The notes below the pieces were generated by a model. It saw nothing but the letters and a program-made list of their open reading frames with translations. It did no database searches and was not told where the DNA came from. Below, piece after piece: positions 34,650-44,750 of a stretch of DNA of 64,000 nucleotides. The translations under genes and the position numbers were made by a program. The stretch comes from Myxococcota bacterium (GTDB lineage: Bacteria; Myxococcota_A; Polyangia; Nannocystales; Nannocystaceae), in NCBI GenBank assembly GCA_039028615.1, contig JBCCHT010000002.1:480001-544000 (forward strand). Reading direction: 5' to 3'. Position 1 is the first letter of the stretch; each line of letters begins with the position of its first letter.

Positions 34650-34713
34650 GGTAGGGCAAGGATAGGCCACCAAACGCCGCTCTGGAGGGATCTGAGGGGT
34701 GTGTTCGAAGGGT

Positions 34714-34748
34714 GTTCGGATCTGGGATCGGCCGTCCCAGGACCGAAC
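34714..34748. promoter_or_regulatory. Candidate enhancer (UAS) for the adjacent EBP
   Basis: Inverted repeat GTTCGGATCTGGGA-7-TCCCAGGACCGAAC (12/14 match), about 100 nt upstream of the predicted sigma54 start site. Confidence 0.55.
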
Positions 34749-34801
34749 GATGAGCGAGCGGCGGCGTCCTCGAAACCCCCGCCGTCACGCGCCCGCCGGG
34801 T

Positions 34802-34817
34802 GGGCACGCTTCTTGCG
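34802..34817 (+). promoter_or_regulatory. sigma54 -24/-12 promoter
   Basis: GGGCACGCTTCTTGCG matches GGCAC-N5-TTGC (GG-N10-GC) directly before the exporter operon. Confidence 0.8.
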
Positions 34818-34829
34818 AATACCCTCGGC

Positions 34830-36074
34830 GTGGACGTCCCCCGCCCTCGCCGCCGCCGGATCCCGAGCGCCCTTTGGCTCGTCGGGCTGGTGCTCGGCGC
34901 CCTGAGTCTGGCCGCGTTCGGCCTCGAGCACGACGGCGCGACCACGGTGCAGGTCCCCGCCCGAGCGGTGCGCATCGCCGAGGTCGAACGCGGTGACTTG
35001 GTGCGGAGCGTCGGGGGTCGCGGGGCGCTGGTGCCCCTTCGGGTTCGGTGGCTCACCGCCAACACGGCGGCTCGCGTGGAGCGGCTCGGCGTCGAGCCGG
35101 GGGCGCAGGTGCAGGCGGACACGGTGATCTTGGAGCTGACCAACGCGGACATGGAGCTGGCCGCCCTGCAGGCGCGCAGCGAGCTGGCCGCGGCCCGGGC
35201 CGACCTCGCCAACCTCGAAGCTTCGCTGGAGACCGACCGCCTCGGACAAAAAGCCACCGTGGCCAGCGTGCGCGCCGACCAGCGCGAGGCCGAGCGCCGC
35301 GCCGAAGCCAACGATGCGCTCGCCGAGTCTTCCGCGGTGAGCCGCGACGAGGTCCTACGCGCCCGCGACCGCGCGGAGGAGCTGTCCTCCCGGCTCGGCC
35401 TCGAGCAGAAGCGACTCGGGGTGCTGTCCAAGGCGCGCTCGGCCCAGGTCACCGCTCAGCGAGCGCGCGTCGAGCAGCTCGCCGCCGTGGTGCAGTTCCG
35501 CGATCGGCAGCTGGACGAGCTCCACATCAAGGCCGGGGAAGCCGGGGTGATCGGCGAGATTCCGGTCGAGGTGGGGCAGTGGGTCAACCCGGGTACCGTG
35601 CTCGGCCGCGTGGTGCAGCCCGATCGCCTCAAGGCCGAGCTGCGCATCCCCGAGGTGCGGGCCCAAGACCTGCGCGTGGGCCAGGGCGCAGTGGTCGACA
35701 CGCACGTGGGCACCGTGAAGGGCCATGTGGCTCGCATCGACGCGGCGGTCACGGGGGGCATGGTGGTGGTCGACGTGCACTTCGACGAGGCTCCCCCGGC
35801 CGGCGTGCGCCCCGATCAGAGCGTGGACGGCGAGATCGAGCTCGAGCACCTGCGGGATGTGCTGTGGGTCCGCCGCCCCGCCCACGCCCAACCCCAGGAG
35901 CTGATGGGGCTGTTCGTCGTGGCCGACGACGGCGACGCCCGGCGGGTCTCGGTGAGCCTGGGACGCGCCTCGACGGATGCGATCGAAGTACTCGAAGGAC
36001 TCAGCGTAGGAGACCGCGTGATCGTCTCCGACACCAACGCGTGGAACGCCCACGACAGGATATCGGTGCAATGA
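34830..36074 (+). CDS. Efflux periplasmic adaptor (HlyD/MacA family)
   Basis: N-terminal TM, biotinyl-like halves, coiled coil and EVLEGLSVGDRVIVS. GTG start estimated. Confidence 0.9.
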   Translation: MDVPRPRRRRIPSALWLVGLVLGALSLAAFGLEHDGATTVQVPARAVRIAEVERGDLVRSVGGRGALVPLRVRWLTANTAARVERLGVEPGAQVQADTVILELTNADMELAALQARSELAAARADLANLEASLETDRLGQKATVASVRADQREAERRAEANDALAESSAVSRDEVLRARDRAEELSSRLGLEQKRLGVLSKARSAQVTAQRARVEQLAAVVQFRDRQLDELHIKAGEAGVIGEIPVEVGQWVNPGTVLGRVVQPDRLKAELRIPEVRAQDLRVGQGAVVDTHVGTVKGHVARIDAAVTGGMVVVDVHFDEAPPAGVRPDQSVDGEIELEHLRDVLWVRRPAHAQPQELMGLFVVADDGDARRVSVSLGRASTDAIEVLEGLSVGDRVIVSDTNAWNAHDRISVQ

Positions 36075-36793
36075 AGCAAGCCACCCCCGAATCCGGCGAC
36101 GAGCCGCTGCTGCTGCTGAAGGACATCGGCAAGGTCCACGTGACCGAGGAGATCGAGACCCACGCCCTGTCCGACGTGCACCTCGAGATTGCCCGCGGGG
36201 AGTTCGTGTCGATCTCCGGGCCCTCGGGCTCGGGCAAGTCCACGCTGCTGTCGATCGTGGGCCTGCTCGACGCCCCCACCCGCGGCGTCTATCGCCTGGA
36301 CGGCCAGCCCGTGCACGAGCTGTCCGCCAACCGCCGCGCCCAGCTCCGCAACGAACGCATCGGCTTCATCTTCCAGAGCTTCAACCTCATCGCCGATCTC
36401 ACCGTGTACGAGAACGTGGAGCTGCCCCTGGTGTATCGCGGGGTGCCGGCCGCGGAGCGTCGCCGTCGAGTCGACGAGGTCCTGGCCCGCGTCGACATGA
36501 GCCATCGCTTCAAGCACATGCCCGGGCAGCTGTCGGGCGGACAGCAGCAGCGCGTGGCCGTGGCCCGGGCGGTCGCGGGCAAGCCCCTGGTGCTGCTCGC
36601 CGACGAGCCCACGGGCAACCTCGACTCGGCCAACTCCGAAGCGGTGATGGACCTTCTACGCGAGCTTCATCGCGAGGGCTCGACGATCTGCATGGTCACC
36701 CACGACCCCCGATGCACCCGCTATGCCGAGCGCACCATTCGACTCTTCGACGGACGCATCGTCAGTGAAGACGACGCGATCGTGGCGGCCTGA
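36071..36793 (+). CDS. ABC transporter ATP-binding protein (LolD/MacB-type)
   Basis: [33 protein letters not shown] and VTHD. ATGA overlap. Confidence 0.95.
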   Translation: MKQATPESGDEPLLLLKDIGKVHVTEEIETHALSDVHLEIARGEFVSISGPSGSGKSTLLSIVGLLDAPTRGVYRLDGQPVHELSANRRAQLRNERIGFIFQSFNLIADLTVYENVELPLVYRGVPAAERRRRVDEVLARVDMSHRFKHMPGQLSGGQQQRVAVARAVAGKPLVLLADEPTGNLDSANSEAVMDLLRELHREGSTICMVTHDPRCTRYAERTIRLFDGRIVSEDDAIVAA

Positions 36794-36796
36794 CCC

Positions 36797-39238
36797 ATGG
36801 ATACGCTCCGCAAAGACCTCCGCTTCGCCCTGCGCTTCTTCTTGCGCCGCCCCGGATTTTCGGCCGTGGTCGTACTGTCGCTTGCCCTCGCGATTGGTGC
36901 GAACACGGCCATTTTTTCCATCGTGAACACGATCGCGCTGGGGGACGTCGACGTCCCTCGGTCGGATCGTGTCGTCGCCCTGTACACCCTCGACGAGAAG
37001 AACCCGGGGCACCTGCCGACCTCGGACCTCAACATTCTCGACATCGAGGAGGCCATCGCCGACCTCGCCGACCTGACCTTTTACACCTTCTACCAAGGTG
37101 AGCTCCGTGACGATGCGGGTACCCGCGCCGTCACGGGGCTGGTGGTCAGCGGCGATTACTTCTCGGTGCTACAGGTCGACGCCTCCCTCGGCCGGGTCTT
37201 CGACCACGAAGACACCGCCCTGGGAGCCCACCCCGAGGTCGTGATCAGCCACGCCCTGTGGCAGGAGCGCTTCGGCGGGGACGAGTCGGTCATCGGTCGC
37301 CGCATCAACCTCGGTCCGCAGCCCGTCACCGTGATCGGCGTGGTTCCCGAGGGCTTCGGCGGCACCACGCTGGCGAAGATCGACCTGTTCGTCCCCTACT
37401 CCGCCCATCGCGAGCTGCTGCCGCAGGCCGGGTTCTTCGACCAGCGGCGCTTCCTCGCCTTCTTCCCGCTGGCCCGCATGCACGATGGCGTCGACGTGGC
37501 GCAGCTCGATGCCGAGCTGGCCCGGGTCTCCGCCCACCTCGCCTCGACCTACGCCGTGGAGAATAGTCACCGGTACTTCGCCAGCGTGCCGCTGTCGCAC
37601 GCGCTGGTGGGGCCCGATCAACGCGCCGCGATCATCACGATGTCGGCGGTGATGATGACCGTCATCGGCTTCGTGCTGCTCATCGCCTGCGCCAACGCGG
37701 CCAACCTCATGCTGGCTCGGGCCGCGAGCCGACGCTCGGAGATTGCCGTGCGCCGGGTCCTGGGCGCCACCGCGGGCCGGATCGTCCGGCAGATGCTCAC
37801 CGAGAGCCTCATGCTCGCCTCGGTGGCCGCCGCCCTGGGCCTGCTGCTCACCAGCCCCATGCGGGACTTCGTGTGGAGCCTTCGTCCCCCCGGAGGCCTC
37901 GCCGCGACGCAGACCCCCACCATCGACGGCACGGTGCTGCTGTATCTCATCGGCATCACCGTCACCACCGGTCTGCTCTTCGGGCTGGCCCCGGCCTTGC
38001 GTGCGGCCGGAGTCGACCTGATGACGCCCCTCAAAGAGGAGACCACGTCGCTCGCCCCCACCAGTCGCCGGCCGAGCTTGCGCTCGGCGCTGGTGGTCCT
38101 CCAGGTCGCGCTATCGACCATCGCGCTGGTGGGGGCGGGGCTGTTCGCCCACAGCATGCTCAACGCCCGCAGCGTGGACCTCGGCTTCGAGTCGGAGAAC
38201 CTGGTGATCGCGGACATCGACTTGCGCAATGTGGTGGGAGACGACGCCGCGGTCGCCGCTCGCCAGCAAGAGCTGCTCGGGGCCGTCGACGCCCTCCCCG
38301 AGGTCCACCACGCCGCCATGGCCTCGCGCCCGCCGCTGGCCATGGGCGGCCTGCAGATGACCATCACCGTCGACGACCGCGACGACACCGACGCGGAAGA
38401 CGGGGTGCTGTTCAACGCCGTGTTCACCTCGCCGGGCTTGTTCGAGGCCCTCGATCAGCCCCTGCTCGAGGGACGTGACTTCGACGCCCGAGACGGCACC
38501 GAGAAGCCGGAGGTGGTCATCGTCAACGAGACCTTCACTCAGCGCTATTGGCCCGAGGGTGGCGCGCTGGGCAAGACCATCACCATGACCTTCAGCGACG
38601 TGTCGATGGAGATCGTGGGCATCGTGGCCGACGCCAAGGTCTTCGGACCCACCGAGGACCCGGTCGCGGTGGTCTGGCTGCCGCAGTCGGCCATGCCCCA
38701 GCGTCGTCACACCATCATCGCGCGCGTGCACGAGCCGGCCTCGGCCATGCCCGCGGTGGAGGCGGTGGTCGCCGAGCTCGGCGAGGACATCTCCATCTCC
38801 AACGTGCGTCCGGTGGCCAACCAGGTCGAAGCCGCCCTGTTCGCGCCCCGCACCGCCGCCGTGCTGCTCGGCACCTTCGGCCTGCTCGCGCTGGGCCTGG
38901 CCGCGATCGGCATCTACGGGGTCATGACCTACACGGTGCGGCAGCGAACCCGCGAGATCGGCATCCGCATGGCCCTGGGCGCCCGCCCCCGTGACGTCCG
39001 ACGCTTCGTGCTGTTCCAGGCGATGGGCCTGGTCGTGGCGGGCATCGGGCTGGGCATCGCGGGTGGTCTGCTGCTGCAGGACACCCTGGGCGAACTGCTC
39101 TTCCAGGTCGGACCCGCCGATCCTCTCGCCTTCGGCGGAGCCACGGCGGCCATGGGCCTGCTGTCACTGGTGGCGGGCTGGCTCCCCGCTCGCCATGCCA
39201 CTCGAATCGAGCCCACGGCGGCGATGCGCGATGCGTAG
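36797..39238 (+). CDS. ABC permease, duplicated MacB/FtsX type (ADOP family)
   Basis: DLRFALR, VLLIACANAANLMLARA, RQMLTES, RTREIGIRMALGA and WLPARHA. Confidence 0.93.
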   Translation: MDTLRKDLRFALRFFLRRPGFSAVVVLSLALAIGANTAIFSIVNTIALGDVDVPRSDRVVALYTLDEKNPGHLPTSDLNILDIEEAIADLADLTFYTFYQGELRDDAGTRAVTGLVVSGDYFSVLQVDASLGRVFDHEDTALGAHPEVVISHALWQERFGGDESVIGRRINLGPQPVTVIGVVPEGFGGTTLAKIDLFVPYSAHRELLPQAGFFDQRRFLAFFPLARMHDGVDVAQLDAELARVSAHLASTYAVENSHRYFASVPLSHALVGPDQRAAIITMSAVMMTVIGFVLLIACANAANLMLARAASRRSEIAVRRVLGATAGRIVRQMLTESLMLASVAAALGLLLTSPMRDFVWSLRPPGGLAATQTPTIDGTVLLYLIGITVTTGLLFGLAPALRAAGVDLMTPLKEETTSLAPTSRRPSLRSALVVLQVALSTIALVGAGLFAHSMLNARSVDLGFESENLVIADIDLRNVVGDDAAVAARQQELLGAVDALPEVHHAAMASRPPLAMGGLQMTITVDDRDDTDAEDGVLFNAVFTSPGLFEALDQPLLEGRDFDARDGTEKPEVVIVNETFTQRYWPEGGALGKTITMTFSDVSMEIVGIVADAKVFGPTEDPVAVVWLPQSAMPQRRHTIIARVHEPASAMPAVEAVVAELGEDISISNVRPVANQVEAALFAPRTAAVLLGTFGLLALGLAAIGIYGVMTYTVRQRTREIGIRMALGARPRDVRRFVLFQAMGLVVAGIGLGIAGGLLLQDTLGELLFQVGPADPLAFGGATAAMGLLSLVAGWLPARHATRIEPTAAMRDA

Positions 39239-39404
39239 ACGTTCGGCCTGGACCTGGTGGGCAGTACTCGCCGCCGGCACGGGCGGCGGGCTGGCCCTGC
39301 TGAGCACGGTCGCGTGCGACCCGGTCACGATGAGCCGGGGCGACGCGAGCGGCCTGCTCAGCGGCGCCCTGCTCACGCTGGTGGTCTTGCTGATCACCGA
39401 CTGA
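39231..39404 (+). CDS. Small 57-aa membrane protein
   Basis: ATG overlaps the permease end. Basic N-terminus and two hydrophobic segments. Confidence 0.5.
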   Translation: MRRRSAWTWWAVLAAGTGGGLALLSTVACDPVTMSRGDASGLLSGALLTLVVLLITD

Positions 39405-39446
39405 CGAGCGCACCACCTGGGGTCCGCTCGTCGGTCGGGACTCGGA

Positions 39447-40418
39447 CTAGTCGCGCTTGGCGTAGCCTTCGAAGCGGTTGGCGCGGACCGAGGTCTCCAC
39501 CCAACGCACGGTGCCGGTCGTCGAGCGCATGGCCAGGGTCTGCAGGTGCAGCTGGTCGCCGACCCGACGCACGCCCTTGAGCAGCGGGCCCGAGGTCACC
39601 CCCGTCGCCACGAAGATGACCTCGCCGCGCACGAGGTCGTCGAGCTCGAGGTACTGCTCGGGGTTGCTCATGCCCATCTTGATGGCGCGCTCGCGCTCGC
39701 CATCGTTGCGGAAGTTGAGCTTGCCCTTGAAGCAACCGCCCAGGCAGTGGAGCGCCGCCGCAGCCAGCACGCCCTCGGGCGCGCCGCCCGTGCCCATGAC
39801 CATGTCGATGCCGCTGTCGGGCATGCAGGCCGCCACCGCGGGGGCCACGTCGCCATCGGAGATCAGGAAGACCCGAGCCCCGACCGTCCGCAGCTCCTCG
39901 ACCATCGGCTTGTGACGATCCCGCTCGAGCACCACCACGGTGATGCCGCTGGGGTCGCGCCCCTTGGCCTCGGCCAGCGCCTTGACGTTCTCGGTCGGGC
40001 TCTTCTTGAGCGAGACCACGCCGTGCCCCTCGGGACCGGTGGCGATCTTGTCCATGTAGGTGTCGGGCGCGTTGAGCAGGTTGCCCCGGGCCGCGACCGC
40101 GAGCACGGCCAGCGCGCCCGGTCGCCCCTCGGCGCACAGGTTCGTGCCCTCGAGCGGATCGACGGCAATGTCGACCTCGGGCAGATCCTCGTTGCCCGGA
40201 CCGACCTGCTCACCGATGTAGAGCATGGGAGCCTCGTCGCGCTCGCCCTCGCCGATCACCACGGTGCCGCGGATGGGCACGCGATCGAAGGCCTCTCGCA
40301 TGGCACCCACCGCCCGCGCATCGGCCTTGTCCTTCTCGCCGTGGCCCACCAAGTGCGAGCAGGCGATCGCCGCCGACTCGGTCACCCGCACGAATTCCAG
40401 CACCAATCGTCGATCCAT
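39447..40418 (-). CDS. glpX: Fructose-1,6-bisphosphatase class II
   Basis: GEGERDEAPMLYIGE, AVDPLEGT, APDTYMDK, DGDV and ATGVT. Confidence 0.96.
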   Translation of the reverse strand: MDRRLVLEFVRVTESAAIACSHLVGHGEKDKADARAVGAMREAFDRVPIRGTVVIGEGERDEAPMLYIGEQVGPGNEDLPEVDIAVDPLEGTNLCAEGRPGALAVLAVAARGNLLNAPDTYMDKIATGPEGHGVVSLKKSPTENVKALAEAKGRDPSGITVVVLERDRHKPMVEELRTVGARVFLISDGDVAPAVAACMPDSGIDMVMGTGGAPEGVLAAAALHCLGGCFKGKLNFRNDGERERAIKMGMSNPEQYLELDDLVRGEVIFVATGVTSGPLLKGVRRVGDQLHLQTLAMRSTTGTVRWVETSVRANRFEGYAKRD

Positions 40419-40615
40419 CATGTCTCGTTGCCTCGGTTCGCCTGCCCGAAATTGGGGCCGTCCGTATACCGCGGATCCGGGGCCACGACGCCGAGCAAGC
40501 GCACATCGCAGCCTGCGGGCCACGCCCGCCTCGCTCACTCCCGAGCGCCGCCATCCGGCTAAACATCATTGAACGCGCCCGCCACGGTGGTCGGGACTAC
40601 GTTTACCCAGCGGAC

Positions 40616-41101
40616 TCACGCGGGTGGGCGCTCACGCACGGCGGCGAGGCGCTCGTACATGACCACGGGCAGCCGCTCGGGGCGTCCCGTATCTCGGCGC
40701 ACGCAGCAGTGTCGGGTCTCCGCCCGCAGAAGCTCGACGGGCTCGCTCAGCCCTTCGCGATCGCCCGCCTCCACCATCACCCGGTACTGGAAGTGGACGC
40801 GCACCCGCGTCACCAGCGACAGCGTCGCGTACACGCTGATCAGGTCGTCGTAGAGCCCGGGCGCGGCAAAGCGGACGCCGATCTCGACCAGCGGCAGCGC
40901 CAGCCCCTCGTCTTCCATCACCGTGTAGGGCAGGCCCGCCTCGCGGATGAGCTCGACGCGGGACAGCTCGAGATACCGAAAGTAGGACGCGTGATAGACG
41001 ATGCCCATCTTGTCGGTGTCGGCGTACAGGATCCGCGCCTGCGCCACCCGACGCAGGGTGTCGACGTCGATCTCCGGGGTGAATGCACCAGGGGCAGTCA
41101 C
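40616..41101 (-). CDS. Acyl-CoA thioesterase (YbgC/FadM family)
   Basis: YADTDKMGIVYHASYFRYLELSR hotdog motif. Confidence 0.92.
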   Translation of the reverse strand: MTAPGAFTPEIDVDTLRRVAQARILYADTDKMGIVYHASYFRYLELSRVELIREAGLPYTVMEDEGLALPLVEIGVRFAAPGLYDDLISVYATLSLVTRVRVHFQYRVMVEAGDREGLSEPVELLRAETRHCCVRRDTGRPERLPVVMYERLAAVRERPPA

Positions 41102-41105
41102 GGCG

Positions 41106-42416
41106 TCAGTCCAGCGGATCCGGCGGCAGAATGCGGAGCCGGTGAGCGGGGGCGAGCGCGTCTTCGAAACGATCGAGCGCGGCGATGGCCGCCTGGAGCT
41201 TCGCCTCCTCGACCAGCTCGGTCAGGATGACCATGTCCACCACCTCGCTGTCACCGGGGGCCTCCTGGTTCATCCGCGAGATGCTGACGCCGTGCTCACC
41301 CAGGCAGCTGGCCACCCGCCCCAGCACGCCGGGGATGTTGGGCACGTGCACGCACAGGTAGTTCTCGGAGCGCTCGTCGTCGAGAGACATGGGCGTGCCC
41401 TCTTCGATCCGCGAGAAGGCCTGGGGCGGCGGACGACCTTCGGCGAACGACTGCAGCCCGCGACCGACCTCGATGATGTCGGAGACCACCGCGGTGCCCG
41501 TGGGCATCATCCCTGCGCCGCGGCCGTAGTACATGCTCCGCCCCAGCGCGCGTGACTCGACGAGCACCGCGTTGTACGAGCCGGCCACGTCGGCGAGCAG
41601 GCTGCCGCGGGGCACCATGCACGGGTACACGGCGAGCATCAGGCCCTGGTCGTCCGAGCGAGCCACTGCGATGCTCTTGATCACGTAGCCGAGTTCCTCG
41701 GCCATCTGGTGTTCGAAGGGGCGGATGCGGGTGATGCCCTCGGTGGGGATCGCCATGGGGTCGACCCGAATGCCGAAGCTGACCAGCGCCAGCAGGGCGA
41801 GCTTCTGGGCGGCGTCGATGCCCCCCACGTCGAAGGTCGGATCCGCCTCGGCGTAGCCGGCTGCTTGCGCGGCGGCCAGGGCATCGTCGTAGCTCGACCC
41901 CTCGCGGGCCATCGCATCGAGGATGTAGTTGGAGGTGCCGTTGACGATCCCGGACAGCCCCTGGATCTCGTCGCTGGCCAGGCCCTCTCGCAAGCTCCGC
42001 AGGATGGGCACGCCGCCGGCCACCGAAGCCTCGAAGAACACCGATACGCCGCAGCGGGCGGCCTCGTCGAAGATCTCGCGACCGTGGGTCCCCAGCAGGG
42101 CCTTGTTGGCGGTCACCACGTGCTTGCCCCGACGGATCGCGTCGAGCACGTGACTACGGGCGGGCTCGATGCCACCGATGAGCTCCACCACCACGCGTAC
42201 GTCGGGATCCGCCAGCACTTCGTTGGCGTCGGTGGTCAGCAGATGCTCGGGCACGTCCACGTCTCGCGCCCGCTTGAGGTCGCGGACCAAGACGCGTCGC
42301 ACCTGCACCGTTGCGCCCAGACGCCGTTCAATGCTCTCGCGGTTCTCGTCGAGGATCCGAACGACGCCCCCACCGACGTTGCCAGCGCCCAGCAGACCAA
42401 TCGCGATCGACTTCAT
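41106..42416 (-). CDS. hom: Homoserine dehydrogenase with ACT domain
   Basis: GAGNVGGG, VVTANK, FEASVAGGVP, NGTSNYIL, GYAEADP and C-terminal ACT domain. Confidence 0.96.
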   Translation of the reverse strand: MKSIAIGLLGAGNVGGGVVRILDENRESIERRLGATVQVRRVLVRDLKRARDVDVPEHLLTTDANEVLADPDVRVVVELIGGIEPARSHVLDAIRRGKHVVTANKALLGTHGREIFDEAARCGVSVFFEASVAGGVPILRSLREGLASDEIQGLSGIVNGTSNYILDAMAREGSSYDDALAAAQAAGYAEADPTFDVGGIDAAQKLALLALVSFGIRVDPMAIPTEGITRIRPFEHQMAEELGYVIKSIAVARSDDQGLMLAVYPCMVPRGSLLADVAGSYNAVLVESRALGRSMYYGRGAGMMPTGTAVVSDIIEVGRGLQSFAEGRPPPQAFSRIEEGTPMSLDDERSENYLCVHVPNIPGVLGRVASCLGEHGVSISRMNQEAPGDSEVVDMVILTELVEEAKLQAAIAALDRFEDALAPAHRLRILPPDPLD

Positions 42417-42698
42417 CGAGCAGCGAACCTAGCGAGCGAGCGCCGCCGGGGCGAGGGGCCGCGACCCGGTCTGCCCAAAGGGTTGAAATCGTGGCGCTAT
42501 GCTGCACGCGTATCCACCCGCGGCGCGTGATCGAGGCGGCAGCGTCCGACGTCGTTCCTACTGTCGTTCACCCGACAATCCACCGAGACACCTGGGCGGC
42601 CGAATACGATCCGTCTGGGCGAAGCAGGCCCGAGCATGGGCGAGGGCGACGGACGGATGTCCGATGGCCCCACGCACCCGAGCGCTGAGCGAGCGCCG

Positions 42699-43262
42699 TC
42701 AGTCCTCGTCGCGCGTGGAGACCACCACCGCCGTGCCCGAGAGGCGGTCGTAGATGGTCTGGCGCTGGAACCTGGCGCCGAGCCCCAGCAAGTAGAGCGC
42801 GACGAGGCTCCACACCAACGCCAGCCCCATCATCGAGGCCATCGGTATCTCCGTGACCCGCAGCGGAAAGCCGGGGATGTGGAGCATGGCGGTGTGGGCG
42901 AGCTGCCACGGCATGAACTTGAGCGCCGAGCGCAACACGGCGCGACCGAGCGGCGGAGGTGTCCCTTCCGCCGTCGTCACCTCGAGCCCCGCCTTGCGTT
43001 TGCCCCACGTCGCTCCGGTACGGGACTCGAACACGCCGAAGTACGCGATGACCGGAGCCACCAGCACCACGAACGCCATGAGGTCCACGCGCCACGGGCT
43101 CGACAACAGCTCCGTCCACTCGTCGCCCAGCGGGCCCATCGTCAGCCAAGCCCCCAGCGACGCCAAGGTCGTCAGGAACGCCGCAATCGCGAGGTAGTCA
43201 TAGGCAAAAGCCTTGATCCGGCTCCATGCGGGCGCGACCACGAGCGGCGTCGGTTCGGACAC
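42699..43262 (-). CDS. RDD family membrane protein
   Basis: RIKAFAYDY, GATWGKRKAGLEV and QTIYDRLSGT. Confidence 0.88.
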   Translation of the reverse strand: MSEPTPLVVAPAWSRIKAFAYDYLAIAAFLTTLASLGAWLTMGPLGDEWTELLSSPWRVDLMAFVVLVAPVIAYFGVFESRTGATWGKRKAGLEVTTAEGTPPPLGRAVLRSALKFMPWQLAHTAMLHIPGFPLRVTEIPMASMMGLALVWSLVALYLLGLGARFQRQTIYDRLSGTAVVVSTRDED

Positions 43263-43354
43263 GCGCCCACGCTACACCGAAGCGAACGCGGCGCGCACCC
43301 GGACCCTCCGAGGACTCGCCGCATTTGTGGCCAAGCGTCCCGTACACTGGCTGC

Positions 43355-44197
43355 ATGCCTCGGATGCTCGCGCTGGCCCTCGCCTTCGTTTGCCTCGGCT
43401 GCGGGGACGACTCCGCCGCCACCGCGAGCTCGACCTCGACCACGGGCGGCTCCGAGTCCACGGGGGTCGGCTCGACGGACGTGCTCGATCCCGAAGCCGA
43501 CACGACGGCGACGACCGACGGCACCGATCCCGAGGGAGGCGAGTGCGACCCCTTCGCCCAAGATTGTCCCGAGGGCTTCACCTGTCGCCCGCGCCCTCCG
43601 ACCCCGGCCGGCGACGATGCGTTTTGTCAGGCACTCCCCGCCGACCCGATCGAGGCCGGAGAGTCCTGCCCCTGGGCACCCATGGACGGCCAGGAAGATC
43701 AGTGCGGGCTCGGCCTCGTGTGCGTGCCCGTCGACGAGGACAACCAGCTCGGCATCTGCCTGGAAGCCTGCGGTGGCACGGCCGATGCCCCCGAGTGCCC
43801 CGAAGACACGGTGTGCCTGCTCGGCGTGGCCAGCTACACCATCTGCGCCCCGACCTGTCACCCGATCGACACGCTGTGCATGGACGGCTGGTCCTGCCAA
43901 GCGCCGCCCGACACCATCGGCAACGCGTACGACCTGTACTGCGGCAGCAACCGACCCGACGCGGGTGGGGCCGGCTCGTCGTGCATGGGGCCCCCCGAGT
44001 GCGTCGCCCAGACGATGTGCATCCAGGCCTCCGCCGTGCCCGGCTGTACCACCGAACGCTGCTGCTCGGAGTGGTGTGACCTCGAAGACACCGAGTTCGA
44101 GTGCACCTTCGCCGCCGAGGGCCAGTCGTGCATCGCGTGGGCCGACGACCCTCCCCCGGGCTTCGAGAACCTGGGGATCTGTGCCGTGCCCGGCTGA
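43355..44197 (+). CDS. Cysteine-rich lipoprotein (paralogue of 29973-31241)
   Basis: Lipobox CLGC, S/T linker, CDPFAQDCPEG...CCSEWCDL...LGICAVP. Confidence 0.85.
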   Translation: MPRMLALALAFVCLGCGDDSAATASSTSTTGGSESTGVGSTDVLDPEADTTATTDGTDPEGGECDPFAQDCPEGFTCRPRPPTPAGDDAFCQALPADPIEAGESCPWAPMDGQEDQCGLGLVCVPVDEDNQLGICLEACGGTADAPECPEDTVCLLGVASYTICAPTCHPIDTLCMDGWSCQAPPDTIGNAYDLYCGSNRPDAGGAGSSCMGPPECVAQTMCIQASAVPGCTTERCCSEWCDLEDTEFECTFAAEGQSCIAWADDPPPGFENLGICAVPG

Positions 44198-44218
44198 CCA
44201 CGGTATGCTGGCCGCCTC

Positions 44219-44725
44219 ATGGGCAAAGTCGCCAAGGGTATCGGGATCACCGTCGCCGTAATCTTCATGCTGCTGTCGGCCATCGTGTGCGCGATCGCGG
44301 TGGACGTGTGGGACGCCGACGACGAGGTCGCCGAGGCCATGGTCGAGACCACGTGGTTCACCGAGCAGAGCTACGAGCCGATGATCGCGTGGTCGCACAA
44401 CCCCACCGCCGCGCCGCCGCCCGCCAATGCGGTCCAGGACCTCGCCGACCACGCCGATGCGCTGTCCAAATCGATCGAGCTCATCGGCACCACCATGGCG
44501 GCCCAGCTCGACGACGACACCGAGGCCAAGGCCAAGGAGGCGCTGGCGTCCATCCTCATCGCCCAGGAAATGACCGCCCTGCGGGTCAAACAATTCGATG
44601 AGGAGTTCCTCGCGGGCCGCCACGCCGACCTGAAGACGGAAGATCTGGCCACCTTCAAGGCGTGGGCGATGGGCGTGGACGAGATCATCGGCGGGGCCCG
44701 CAAGAAGATCGACGAACGCAGGTAG
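44219..44725 (+). CDS. Hypothetical membrane-anchored protein
   Basis: N-terminal TM helix, acidic helical body, GC3 bias. Confidence 0.75.
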   Translation: MGKVAKGIGITVAVIFMLLSAIVCAIAVDVWDADDEVAEAMVETTWFTEQSYEPMIAWSHNPTAAPPPANAVQDLADHADALSKSIELIGTTMAAQLDDDTEAKAKEALASILIAQEMTALRVKQFDEEFLAGRHADLKTEDLATFKAWAMGVDEIIGGARKKIDERR

Positions 44726-44750
44726 ACCGCGGCATGCCAGACTGGGGCCG

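Noticed and set aside
33825..36793. 749-aa and 581-aa ORFs as extended adaptor or ATPase proteins
   Set aside because: The N-terminal parts are antisense or off-frame shadows of neighbouring genes. True starts are near 34830 and 36071.
42430..42698. Small ORFs between hom and the RDD gene
   Set aside because: No convincing composition, initiation signal or motif.
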